Assembly: GCA_963667175.2 (NCBI GenBank)
Contig: CAXXXF010000015.1
Span: 576,001 to 640,000, forward strand
Source of the DNA: Candidatus Latescibacterota bacterium
GTDB lineage: Bacteria; Latescibacterota; UBA2968; GCA-2709665
Direction: 5' to 3'
Length of the DNA: 64,000 nucleotides
Translations under genes and position numbers: made by a program
Shown here: one piece after another, positions 49,185-58,305 of the stretch
How the letters are laid out: each line of letters begins with the position of its first letter
How positions within the stretch are numbered: the first letter of the stretch is position 1
Notes under the pieces: generated by a model
Database searches by the model: none
Seen by the model: only the letters and a program-made list of their open reading frames with translations
Told to the model about the DNA's origin: nothing

Positions 49185-50198
49185 TTAACGCACCCGGCTC
49201 AGCCTGTCATTTTCCGTCACCCCGGGCCTTCGCCCCCGCTTGGCCACGGGCCGGGAATCGACTGCCTTGATATCGCACGTAAAGTCGATGGGGGACGCGC
49301 CGCTGATCGCGCTGCCCACGCCGAACCCGTCCACCGCGGATCCTGCCGCAACGAACTCCCGGATGCGTTCCGGCGTCATTCCGCCGCTTACGTAGATCTT
49401 CACGTCCGGATGCCCGGCGCGGTCCAGCCTGCTTCGAACCCGACTCACGAGACCGGGGGTCACGCCGCCCAGTTCGGAGGGTGTATCCAGGCGCACGCCC
49501 AGCAGCCGTTCTCCCATGGCTCCGGCCAACCGAACGCTTTCCTCCGCTTCATCCTTGAAGGTATCCACCAGCACAATCCGATGGATCGACCCGGGCATGT
49601 GCCGGTCGAAGGCTTGTGCCGCCGTCAATGTGTCTCCCATGATCAACATCAGGGCATGCGGCATCGTACCCGTTGCTTCCTGACCTGCCAGCCGCGCCCC
49701 CGCGGGAGTGGCGCAACCCGAGCAGCCTCCAACCAGAGCCGAATATTCCATCACATCCGAAATCGCAGGATGGACGTGCCTCGCGCCGAAGCTGATCACG
49801 GGAATGCCCGCCGCCGCGGCCACGCATGCCCGGGCCGCCGTTGCCCACCCGCTCTTCTGCGCGAGCGTACCGAGATAGGCGGTCTCATAGATGCCGAAGC
49901 TGCTGTACCGCGCCTGAATCCGAAGCACGACTTCCTTGCGGAACATCGGCTGACCCTCGCCCAGCGCCCAAACGGACGCGTTATCGGGCCACGCCGCTTC
50001 GAGGTTTTCCAGGACCTCGGTCATGCCGCAAAGGATACCGTCCCCGGTCGGAAACACCTCCATCGTCACAACGGGATCGATCGCTTCCCGCGCCAGAACC
50101 TCGCGGGTATTCAGAAAGTAGAGATCGGACCGATCTTCGTCGAAAAACGCCCTCTTCGGCAGCATGGGTTCGTCCCGTGAGGACTCAGCAGTCGTCAT
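49185..50198 (-). CDS. pncB: Nicotinate phosphoribosyltransferase
   Basis: DLYF, FGARHVHP, GTMPHAL, VLVDTF, VRLDTP, VSGG, FGVGSAI, AKRG. Confidence 0.88.
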   Translation of the reverse strand: MTTAESSRDEPMLPKRAFFDEDRSDLYFLNTREVLAREAIDPVVTMEVFPTGDGILCGMTEVLENLEAAWPDNASVWALGEGQPMFRKEVVLRIQARYSSFGIYETAYLGTLAQKSGWATAARACVAAAAGIPVISFGARHVHPAISDVMEYSALVGGCSGCATPAGARLAGQEATGTMPHALMLIMGDTLTAAQAFDRHMPGSIHRIVLVDTFKDEAEESVRLAGAMGERLLGVRLDTPSELGGVTPGLVSRVRSRLDRAGHPDVKIYVSGGMTPERIREFVAAGSAVDGFGVGSAISGASPIDFTCDIKAVDSRPVAKRGRRPGVTENDRLSRVR

Positions 50199-50227
50199 TC
50201 CGGCACAAGCGGCGCCGCGCGGCACGC

Positions 50228-51058
50228 TCAGTTTTTCCCGGCTTTCAGCCGCTCCTGCATCGCTTCCACGTATGAGAGCGGGACGTCCACACTGCCGATC
50301 ATCGGATCCCCTCTGCCGTCGCCGTGGCAGTCCGAACCCCCCGTACACAAGAGGTCGTTCTCCGCTGCAATCCTGGAATAACGGGCGACGTGCGACGCAT
50401 CATGCTTGGTGTGGCGCACCTCGATGCCATCGAGTCCGTCGGACACCATGCCCGCAATCAGGTCGTCTCTTCGGTACAGTCCGGGGTGCGCAAGACAGGC
50501 CAGCCCGCCCGCAGCCCTGATGACCTGGATAGCACTGAACGGCGACTGCGAATACTTGCCTGCATACGCCGGTTTCGAGTACCCCAGGTACCTGTGAAAC
50601 GCTTCGTCGACCGAAGAGACCATGCCTTCTTCCACCATCACGTCGGCGATATGCGGACGTCCGATCGCGCCGGGCCCCGCCCTGGTCAGGACCTTTTCCA
50701 GGGGCACCCGGAGCCCCATACGGTTCAACTTCCCCACCATCCGTTCCGCACGTTGCAACCTCGCCTGTCGAAACGTGTCAAGCCATGCGATCAGGTCCGG
50801 ATGACCGGCGTCGATGAAATATCCCAGGATATGCACGTCGGTATTTCCGATCCTGGCACTCAACTCAGTTCCCGGCACGACCTCGACACCCAGCCGCGCG
50901 CCTTCCTCCTGCGCCGCTGCAACACCCTCTGTCGAGTCGTGATCCGTCAGGCTGATCACGCTGAGTCCGGCGGCCGCGGCCCGGCGCGCAACGTCTCGTG
51001 GCGTGAATGTCCCGTCGGAGCACGTCGAGTGCAGATGCAGGTCGATGCGCCCCGTCAT
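50228..51058 (-). CDS. PHP domain metal-dependent phosphoesterase (TrpH/YciV-like)
   Basis: DLHLHSTCSDG, TDHD, HILGY, GRPHIA, LAHP, GGSDCHG. Confidence 0.92.
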   Translation of the reverse strand: MTGRIDLHLHSTCSDGTFTPRDVARRAAAAGLSVISLTDHDSTEGVAAAQEEGARLGVEVVPGTELSARIGNTDVHILGYFIDAGHPDLIAWLDTFRQARLQRAERMVGKLNRMGLRVPLEKVLTRAGPGAIGRPHIADVMVEEGMVSSVDEAFHRYLGYSKPAYAGKYSQSPFSAIQVIRAAGGLACLAHPGLYRRDDLIAGMVSDGLDGIEVRHTKHDASHVARYSRIAAENDLLCTGGSDCHGDGRGDPMIGSVDVPLSYVEAMQERLKAGKN

Positions 51059-51627
51059 GGTCCGGCCTTCGGATTGCCCGCTGGCGCCGGGTCCAAATAG
51101 ATCAACCCGCGCCGCTGGCGGCTGCCCTCACGCTTCAAGGCGACGAGTTGGCTTCGTAGAAGATTCCGTTTGATTGCGCTGAAATGGTCCGTCACCAGAA
51201 CGCCGTTCAGATGATCGACCTCGTGCTGAACCGCACGGGCGGAAATATCCGTCATCTCTACGCAGACGACGTTGCCGTTTCGATCACGGGCATCGACACG
51301 GACCTGCGCCCGGCGGGTTACGTCTCCGACCACCCCCGGCAGGCTCAGGCATCCCTCTTCACCCTCGACCTCGACCTCGCCCTGACTCAATTCGGGATTG
51401 ATCAACACCGCCGGTTCGGCTTCCGGATCGGTGGGGCTCACGTCCAGCACCACCACGCGCAGGCTTACGCCAACCTGGGGCGCCGCGAGCCCGATACCCT
51501 CCGCCGCGTACATCGTCTCGAACATATCGTCCACGAGGATCCGGATCTCTTCCGTAACGGCTTCAACCGGCTGCGCTTTCTTTCTCAGCGTTGGGCATCC
51601 GAATTTCTTGATCTCTAGCAGCGCCAC
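51055..51627 (-). CDS. def: Peptide deformylase
   Basis: GIGLAAPQVG, EGCLS, QHEVDHLNG. Confidence 0.96.
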   Translation of the reverse strand: MALLEIKKFGCPTLRKKAQPVEAVTEEIRILVDDMFETMYAAEGIGLAAPQVGVSLRVVVLDVSPTDPEAEPAVLINPELSQGEVEVEGEEGCLSLPGVVGDVTRRAQVRVDARDRNGNVVCVEMTDISARAVQHEVDHLNGVLVTDHFSAIKRNLLRSQLVALKREGSRQRRGLIYLDPAPAGNPKAGP

Positions 51628-51659
51628 TGTTCAGGTTCCGTATTGTTGAGCGTCGGCGC

Positions 51660-52538
51660 TCAATTGCGCCGTATGGTCAGCAGGGTTTCGTTCAGACTCC
51701 CGGTTCGGTATCCCTGCATATCGACGGTGACGTACCGATATCCGATTTCCTTCAAGCGCGCGACAACCCGGTCGACGAGTCCCTCCTCGAAGAATCGTCC
51801 GATTTCCTCGGCCGGAACTTCAATGCGGGCGACGTCGTCATGGTGCCTCACCCGGACGAGGCTGAATCCCAGCGTCTTGAGAAAAGCCTCGGCCCGGTCG
51901 ACCATCGAAAGGGCTTCCTCGGTCACGGGCGTCCCATAGGAAATGCGGGATGACAGGCACGCCGATGCGGGATGGTCCCAGGTGGGCAGGCCCCACGTTC
52001 TGGACAACAACCGGATTTCCTCTTTCGTCATGCCCACCTCGACCATCGGCGCCCGCACCCCCCGGTCCCTGGCCGCCTTCATACCCGGCCTGAAGTCACC
52101 CACGTCGTCCGCGATGGCCCCGTAGATCAGAAATCGATAGCGTCCCCCATGTTTTTCGAGGACGCCATCCAATTCGTCCGCCAGCGCCGTCTTGCAGTGG
52201 TAGCATCGGTCGGACTCGTTCTTCACGTAGTCGGGATTCTCCATTTCCCGTGTATGCACCACTTCCATCGCGATGCCGATCCTGGCCGCGAGAGACCGCG
52301 CGTTCTCGAGTTCACCCGTCGCATAGCTGGCCGAAACCGCGGTCACCGCCAGCGCGTTCGATCCCAGCACCCTGTGTGCCGCCGCGGCGAGAAACGTGCT
52401 GTCCACGCCGCCCGAAAACGCCACGACCACACTCCCCAACCCCCCGAGAAGGTCTTCCAGCCGCCGCAATTTTTCTTCGGCCTGCAGAATCCCTGCCCGC
52501 GTGTCCACTATCGTCTGGCGTTCAACAGGAGACGTCAC
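51660..52538 (-). CDS. larE: ATP-dependent sulfur transferase, LarE-like (PP-loop)
   Basis: AFSGGVDS, RCYHCK, DFRPG, SACLSSRI.YG, VRVRHH, GYRTGSLN. Confidence 0.88.
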   Translation of the reverse strand: MTSPVERQTIVDTRAGILQAEEKLRRLEDLLGGLGSVVVAFSGGVDSTFLAAAAHRVLGSNALAVTAVSASYATGELENARSLAARIGIAMEVVHTREMENPDYVKNESDRCYHCKTALADELDGVLEKHGGRYRFLIYGAIADDVGDFRPGMKAARDRGVRAPMVEVGMTKEEIRLLSRTWGLPTWDHPASACLSSRISYGTPVTEEALSMVDRAEAFLKTLGFSLVRVRHHDDVARIEVPAEEIGRFFEEGLVDRVVARLKEIGYRYVTVDMQGYRTGSLNETLLTIRRN

Positions 52539-53992
52539 TTGCGATCCTCCACTGCGCCAGGCATCACGACCGCATCGACCATCCCGTGCAAAACTTTCTT
52601 ATCCGGCGGACAAACCGTGGCCTGCACACCGGACAACACGGGCTGACCGTCCTGAATGAAGTAGTATGGCTGAATGCGCACCCGCCCTTTGAGGCGCATG
52701 ATGCGGTCCGTCTCGAAATCATAGTACCTCACCGGGAAACGGGAACCCGTGTGGAACTCCTGCAAAACGTGTGGCGACCTGTGAAAATCGGCAAGCGCGG
52801 ACTCGATCGTCGTCCGCCAGTCCGCCTCTGACATATCGTGGCCGACCGATACACCCCGGCTGCCCCAGGCCCGGTCCGAGAACCCTGACGGTTTGATCAC
52901 GAAATGGCGCTGTTTCTGCTTCAGGCTGCCGAGGGCGCGCCAATCTCCGAACGCCTGGCCGTCCACGTTCAATCGCGGTATTACGCCGTACGGCGGCACG
53001 GGACGCGGGTCCAGAATCCAGGTCTTCGGAAAGGTCCGCATCAGGAACGCCACGCCCTCTTCTCCCAGTTCGCGAATCCAGAACGATTGCAACATGGGAT
53101 GGTGAAAGAGAGCCATTAACATCTTTTCTTCCAGCTGGGCCTTCAGCGGCGGCGTTGCTTTTACCGTTCCCTTGCGAATGGCATAGAGAATCAGATCCAT
53201 CTTCGGAATGTTTTTCAGATCGAACAATTCAAAGAAACGATAGAGCACATCGATCTGCCGCCTTCCTCCCGTGCCGTTCACGAACAGTCCGGCTTCGCTG
53301 AAAAACACCTCCTCAGGGCGCGCCACGTAGGTTTCCAGACCCGCACGATTCAGGGACTCGCCCAGCCAGGTCATTTCAGGACGGTAGCCCGAAGATTCCT
53401 CCGAAACCACAACGCCGAGAACCGGCTCTTCCAACCCGGCAATCGACCGCACCATCCCCATGAATCCGTTCAGCATTCCGTCGGCGCCACCCACAATGTC
53501 GAATCCGAATCGGCCGTACCGTTCCGCCAGGCTGGCCGTAAACCCGATGCCGCCCGGTATCGAATCCAGTTCGGATGCGATCGTTCCGTTGGGGGTCGGG
53601 ATCAAATCCGGTCGGATCACCAGGGGCAGATGCTGTTTGAATCGGTTCATCCGGCCGTATCCGATTACGGTTTCCGGCTTTCCCTGGTCCAGGTATGCCG
53701 ATACCCATGCGGGCTGAACGTTGCGGACGCTCTGAGAATACAGTAGGTTGCAGGCTCGGTAAAATTCGTACAGATGGACGCCCAGGCATTTCAGATGATC
53801 AATCACCCGCGGTGGCATCCAGAACGGCTCGGGTGACACCCGCCACGGGCTGTTCGAATTCGGATGCACCGTGCGCTGCACGTCCGTATAAAGGCCGCCG
53901 GAGGGCGTCATGCTGTCAATATGAAGGCTGCGCGCCTTCGCGTCCGTCAATTCAACCGGTTCTTGCTGCGCACAGATTCCCATGCCTCGCAC
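52535..53992 (-). CDS. Hypothetical ATP-grasp-like ligase (glutathionylspermidine synthase / circularly permuted type)
   Basis: IRPDL, ELDSIPGGIG, VLYRFFE, EEK, VIKPSG..AWGSRGV..G, VLQEF. Confidence 0.6.
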   Translation of the reverse strand: MRGMGICAQQEPVELTDAKARSLHIDSMTPSGGLYTDVQRTVHPNSNSPWRVSPEPFWMPPRVIDHLKCLGVHLYEFYRACNLLYSQSVRNVQPAWVSAYLDQGKPETVIGYGRMNRFKQHLPLVIRPDLIPTPNGTIASELDSIPGGIGFTASLAERYGRFGFDIVGGADGMLNGFMGMVRSIAGLEEPVLGVVVSEESSGYRPEMTWLGESLNRAGLETYVARPEEVFFSEAGLFVNGTGGRRQIDVLYRFFELFDLKNIPKMDLILYAIRKGTVKATPPLKAQLEEKMLMALFHHPMLQSFWIRELGEEGVAFLMRTFPKTWILDPRPVPPYGVIPRLNVDGQAFGDWRALGSLKQKQRHFVIKPSGFSDRAWGSRGVSVGHDMSEADWRTTIESALADFHRSPHVLQEFHTGSRFPVRYYDFETDRIMRLKGRVRIQPYYFIQDGQPVLSGVQATVCPPDKKVLHGMVDAVVMPGAVEDRK

Positions 53993-54052
53993 CTGACCTG
54001 TTTCGGTAAAGAAGCAGCCCGCCTAACAGTGCCCTCTTCCAAAAGCGAATGC

Positions 54053-54529
54053 TCACGAACCGCGTCCCTCACTCCGTCCCTGACGTCGTTTCGGCCTCCT
54101 GACTCTTTTCCACACCACGGTGGACCCGCCGATCTGCAGTCGCCGCCAGGGTTTGCCGGTGTCGCCGGGCTCACCGCTCTGCTTGCCGGGCTCCGAACCG
54201 GCGTCCTGGCGGTTTCGGGCCCGGGGACGCGGTATCGCGGATTCCTCAGCCGACAGGAGTGCCGGAACGGACGACAGCGTGTCCGAAACGGAAAGCCCCT
54301 GGCCATCCGATTCATCCTGAAGATTCAGGCGCGCGGCAGCGGCCTCGTATACCGCCTTCGCCGCCTCAACGCGAGCTTCGAGCAGGCCGAGCGTGCGTCT
54401 GAGTTCATCAACCTGAGAGGCGGAGGCCTCAATTTCGCGTCGGGCGTGCTCAAGCACCTGCTCGTAGACGTCGTTCCGTTCATCCGTTGATTCTTCCATC
54501 ATCTCCACCAATGTGCTTATTGTGGCCAA
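54053..54529 (-). CDS. Hypothetical protein with N-terminal coiled coil and basic tail
   Basis: Heptad-rich EHARREIEASASQVDELRRTLGLLEARVEAA; AAGGAG-like RBS; co-oriented with neighbours. Confidence 0.6.
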   Translation of the reverse strand: MATISTLVEMMEESTDERNDVYEQVLEHARREIEASASQVDELRRTLGLLEARVEAAKAVYEAAAARLNLQDESDGQGLSVSDTLSSVPALLSAEESAIPRPRARNRQDAGSEPGKQSGEPGDTGKPWRRLQIGGSTVVWKRVRRPKRRQGRSEGRGS

Positions 54530-54558
54530 ATTAACGGTTATCTTCCTTCAAATTGAGG

Positions 54559-56481
54559 TCAATGCCCGTTCCCTTCGACAAGCGCCAACTTCAACCTCTG
54601 TCTGTATCGATCGGGATCCTTGAGAATCCGCACGGCCTCCTGAAACTGTTCATCGCCGCTCAGCCGCGCCAGAATACGCCCTTTCTTGCCCCAGACCCGG
54701 TTTCCCAGTTCCCTCCCGATCTCCAGCCTGATAAACGGTTCGGCCTTTTCGAACTCCGCCTCCCGCTCCGTTTCAACGACGTTTCGCAGGACGTCCAGTG
54801 CCTGGTCCGCCTTCGCCTCGAGTCCTGCCGCCGTCAGTGCGCGACTCAGACTCTCCAGTTCGTTTCCTGACGGCGTACGGTATCGCTTGAAGTTTCCGAT
54901 CTTTGACGTATCCGCGAGGAACGCCCGGAACGCGGCGATTTCGGCATCTCCCACCTCAAATTCCTCCGGACGCTCGGGAAACGCGTTCCGCGCGGCGTAT
55001 TCAACCGCGAAATCGAAAAAGAGGCCGGATCGGTACATTTCGAGAATCAACCGCGGCCTGCGCTTTGGCTTCACAACCACGTCGGGGGTAATTCCGCCGC
55101 CGCCGTAAACCGTGCGTCCACCAGCGGTTTTAAAGGCCCTGGCCGAGTCCGGGGCATCGGAAGCGAGGCCTTCCTCTCTCAACGCCTTCCCCAGCATCTG
55201 CCCCAGTTCCATCTCGAAAAGCTGCTCCGCCTGCTTCGAGGATTCCAGGTCAAACTGCTCGAAAAGCCGTGTGATCGCGTCCTCCCGCGTCTCTTCCCCG
55301 GCAATCGTCGCGACCGTCTGGTACAGCGGCACCTGCACGTCCCCAACGTTCAAGGCAAGGTTGCCCAGCCTGCCGAATCGTCTGTTTTTGTGGATGCTGC
55401 GCCCGCTGGGGGTGTAGTAAAGCGCCGTTGTCCACTTCAGTGCCTTGTCGTCGCCAACTTGCTGGAAGGATTGCACCGATCCCTTTCCAAAGGTCGGCAC
55501 GCCCAGAATCAACCCGCGGTCCGAGTCCTGAATGGCGCCGGCGACGATCTCCGAAGCGCTGGCGCTGTGCGCGTTGACCAGTACCACAAGTGGGATATCC
55601 CTGACCCGGGAACTCTCCCTGGTACGATATTCCTTATTCTGGGATTCCACGCGACCCCGGGTGGTGACGACCAGCAGATCGGGTCCAAGAAACACGTCGG
55701 CGACGGCGACGGCCTGTGTCAGCAGTCCGCCCGGATTTCCCCGCAGATCCAGTATAATGCCCTCCACGTTCTTCGCTTTCAATTCGTCAACTGCGGCCGC
55801 CAATTCATCGGGCGTGGTTTCCGAGAACCGGCTGTTGATCAAGCCGGACATGGCGATATAACCGATGCCTTCTTCTATTCCTGCAATGCTCGCCACGCTC
55901 TTTACGCGAATGCGCGCCCGGATTATCTCCTGGTCGAACGGCGCCGGCCGACCCGTCCGGTCGATTGTAATCACAACCCGATTGCCCGGCGTCCCCCGCA
56001 GCACGTCCACGACTTCCTCCAGCTTCCTGTTGAGCGTGGGGTCGCCATCCACCGCGACGATCCGATCGCCGACCACGAGTCCGGACGTGTCCGCGGGCGT
56101 ACCCTCGATCACACTCAGAACGACGGGCGCCTCGACACCTTTCCTCTTCATGGTGCTGATCGTGATGCCCAGGCCGCCGAATTTCCCCTGGGTATCGATC
56201 ATAAGGTCTTCGAAGGTGCGCCGATTGAGGAATTGGGTATACGGGTCCAGTTCATCCAGCATGCCTTCGATGGCCGAGGTCGTGAGCGAGTCGGATGCCA
56301 GGGGTTTAAAGTAGCTCGTGGTCAGCAATTTCAGCGTTTCGGCGTATTCGTCTATACTCCGACCGACCGTGGCGTACGCGTCTTCCCCGTTGACGAGACG
56401 CGAGTCCAGGAACACGCAGGTTGCCAGAATGACGACAAGCGACGCCCCAACCCATATTCGTCTGCGATTCCGTCCGATCAT
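54559..56481 (-). CDS. S41 family C-terminal processing protease (PDZ)
   Basis: LDPYT, GKFGGLGI, LDLRGNPGGLL, SASASEIVAGAIQD, TFGKGSVQ, YYTPSGRSI, GGGGITPD. Confidence 0.93.
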   Translation of the reverse strand: MIGRNRRRIWVGASLVVILATCVFLDSRLVNGEDAYATVGRSIDEYAETLKLLTTSYFKPLASDSLTTSAIEGMLDELDPYTQFLNRRTFEDLMIDTQGKFGGLGITISTMKRKGVEAPVVLSVIEGTPADTSGLVVGDRIVAVDGDPTLNRKLEEVVDVLRGTPGNRVVITIDRTGRPAPFDQEIIRARIRVKSVASIAGIEEGIGYIAMSGLINSRFSETTPDELAAAVDELKAKNVEGIILDLRGNPGGLLTQAVAVADVFLGPDLLVVTTRGRVESQNKEYRTRESSRVRDIPLVVLVNAHSASASEIVAGAIQDSDRGLILGVPTFGKGSVQSFQQVGDDKALKWTTALYYTPSGRSIHKNRRFGRLGNLALNVGDVQVPLYQTVATIAGEETREDAITRLFEQFDLESSKQAEQLFEMELGQMLGKALREEGLASDAPDSARAFKTAGGRTVYGGGGITPDVVVKPKRRPRLILEMYRSGLFFDFAVEYAARNAFPERPEEFEVGDAEIAAFRAFLADTSKIGNFKRYRTPSGNELESLSRALTAAGLEAKADQALDVLRNVVETEREAEFEKAEPFIRLEIGRELGNRVWGKKGRILARLSGDEQFQEAVRILKDPDRYRQRLKLALVEGNGH

Positions 56482-56576
56482 ATTCCGCCTCCGCTTTGTC
56501 CGGTCCCGATACTCTGCGGCGCCGTCGGAAGCGCTCCGCCCCGGTAAGCCGTCGTCCTCTGCCCCCGTGCGCCCGA

Positions 56577-57212
56577 TCATGCGCCTGGGCGATCCACGTC
56601 GTCCATCCGTTTGTGTGTCTCGTTGTAAATCAGGAATGACTGATCCTCGACGGACAGCCGGCCGTCAATCCGAAAAACGCGCTCGGGTTCCTCCTGCCAG
56701 GTCCTGAGATACCCGCCTCGTACCCGTTCAAAAAAAGCATCGCCGGCCGCTTCAAGCCTGTCGGCATCTGCCGACGTGGACCGCCGTCTGGCGGTTTCGA
56801 GATCCATATCGATCCAAACGGTCAGATCCGGCCTGAGCCCCCCTGTGGCCACCTCCTGCGCCGCCTGAATGCGGTCCAGATCCAACCCGCGCCCGTAGCC
56901 CTGATAGACGATCGTCGAATCAGCATAGCGGTCTGAAACAACCACTTTGCCCTGCAACAATGCGGGCCGGATCAGCATATTGACGTGCTGGGCCCGATCC
57001 GCCGAGAATAACAGCATCTCGGCGGAGGGGTCCACCTCCGCACGCCGCGCGAGCAAGAGACTGCGAACCCTTCGGCCCAGCCCGGTTCCCCCCGGCTCCA
57101 GGGTGAACACCACGTCGCGGCCCTCCCCGCGAAGCCTCTCGACCAGCCGCTCTGCCTGTGTGGTCTTCCCGCACCCGTCGATACCTTCAAACGTAATAAA
57201 CAGTCCGGCCAC
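56577..57212 (-). CDS. tmk: Thymidylate kinase
   Basis: FITFEGIDGCGKTTQ, EPGGT, DRAQH, SDRY; GTG start with GGAGG. Confidence 0.95.
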   Translation of the reverse strand: MAGLFITFEGIDGCGKTTQAERLVERLRGEGRDVVFTLEPGGTGLGRRVRSLLLARRAEVDPSAEMLLFSADRAQHVNMLIRPALLQGKVVVSDRYADSTIVYQGYGRGLDLDRIQAAQEVATGGLRPDLTVWIDMDLETARRRSTSADADRLEAAGDAFFERVRGGYLRTWQEEPERVFRIDGRLSVEDQSFLIYNETHKRMDDVDRPGA

Positions 57213-57239
57213 GCCGAACGAACCTCCCGTGCCACCTAT

Positions 57240-57296
57240 CAGCCCGTTGATAAAGTCCATCCGGGCTGCCTGCCTGTGCGTTCGCACGCAGACAGG
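57240..57296. mobile_element. MITE end fragment carrying a 28-nt CCTG hairpin (57269-57296)
   Basis: CAGCCCGTTGATAAAGTCCATCCGG matches the reverse complement of the 59428 end, followed by CCTGCCTG-TGCG-TT-CGCA-CG-CAGACAGG. Confidence 0.65.
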
Positions 57297-57314
57297 CGCT
57301 GCAGGCAAGCGCCG

Positions 57315-58223
57315 TTATCCGAGCAACTGCGTCAGGATCGCCTTTTGGACGTGCATCCTGTTTTCCGCCTGATCCACCGCCACGCATCTGGGACTTGCCA
57401 TCACTTCGGCCGTCAATTCGTACCCTTTGTGCGCGGGAAGGCAATGCATGACCAGCGCTCCGGTCTTTTCCAGGAGGTCCATCGTTATCCGATACGGAGC
57501 AAATGCCTCAACGCGCCGTTTCTTTTCCGCTTCATATGCGGGATCTTCGAAAAACTCCATGTCGATCCATGTATCCGTATAGAGAAAGTCGGCCTCGGCC
57601 GCCGCCGCCGCCAGGTCGAGGGTTTCCTGAAAGAGACCGGTCGTCCGTGCCTGATTGGTAAGGTCTTCGTCTTCGGAGGGTTTGTTTACCTCCGGCGTCA
57701 CGGTCGTGATCCTCACTCCGGCCCTGGTACATCCGGCAATCAGAGAATTGCACACATTGTTCCGAATGCCCACGTAAACCACGTGAGCGCCCTCGAGTTT
57801 TCCCAGGATTTCTCGGACCGTCATCAGATCGCCAAGCGCCTGACAGGGATGGTACCGGTTACAGCACCCGTTAATCACTGGCACCTCGGCCCCGGCGGCA
57901 AGTTTCTTCAGGTCGCGATGGTTCAACATCCTCGCCATAATGACGTCAGAGTACCGGGAAAGCACCTGGGCCTCGTCTCCAAGGTCCGCCAGCTGGAAAT
58001 TGGTGGCGCGCCAGTCCAGATTCATCGCATACCCGCCCAATTGGTTCATGCCCGTCTCAAACGAACACCGGGTACGCGTCGACGGCTTCTGAAACAGCAT
58101 CGCCAGCGTCCGCCCCTGCAGTGCGCCCGAAAATCGTCTCGGGTCTGCCTTCATCAACAGACCCGCTTCTACCGTTTCCAGGATATCCGCTTCCGACCAC
58201 GTCTTGAGCGTAATCAAATCCAT
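57315..58223 (-). CDS. argF: Ornithine carbamoyltransferase
   Basis: FQKPSTRTR, HPCQ, NNVCNSL, YTDTW, MHCLPA, QAENR. Confidence 0.88.
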   Translation of the reverse strand: MDLITLKTWSEADILETVEAGLLMKADPRRFSGALQGRTLAMLFQKPSTRTRCSFETGMNQLGGYAMNLDWRATNFQLADLGDEAQVLSRYSDVIMARMLNHRDLKKLAAGAEVPVINGCCNRYHPCQALGDLMTVREILGKLEGAHVVYVGIRNNVCNSLIAGCTRAGVRITTVTPEVNKPSEDEDLTNQARTTGLFQETLDLAAAAAEADFLYTDTWIDMEFFEDPAYEAEKKRRVEAFAPYRITMDLLEKTGALVMHCLPAHKGYELTAEVMASPRCVAVDQAENRMHVQKAILTQLLG

Positions 58224-58305
58224 GGGCGAAACACGCTCCCACTCGACCGTTCGCGCGATCGATGGCCGACCGCCGACCGTTTCAGTTCAATCCGATCGCC
58301 GGAAA

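Noticed and set aside
57315-58223. Non-canonical DTWIDME in place of DxWxSMG, suggesting a different transcarbamylase
   Set aside because: The other OTCase motifs (STRT, HPCQ, HCLP) are intact, and one motif change is not enough to reassign the substrate.
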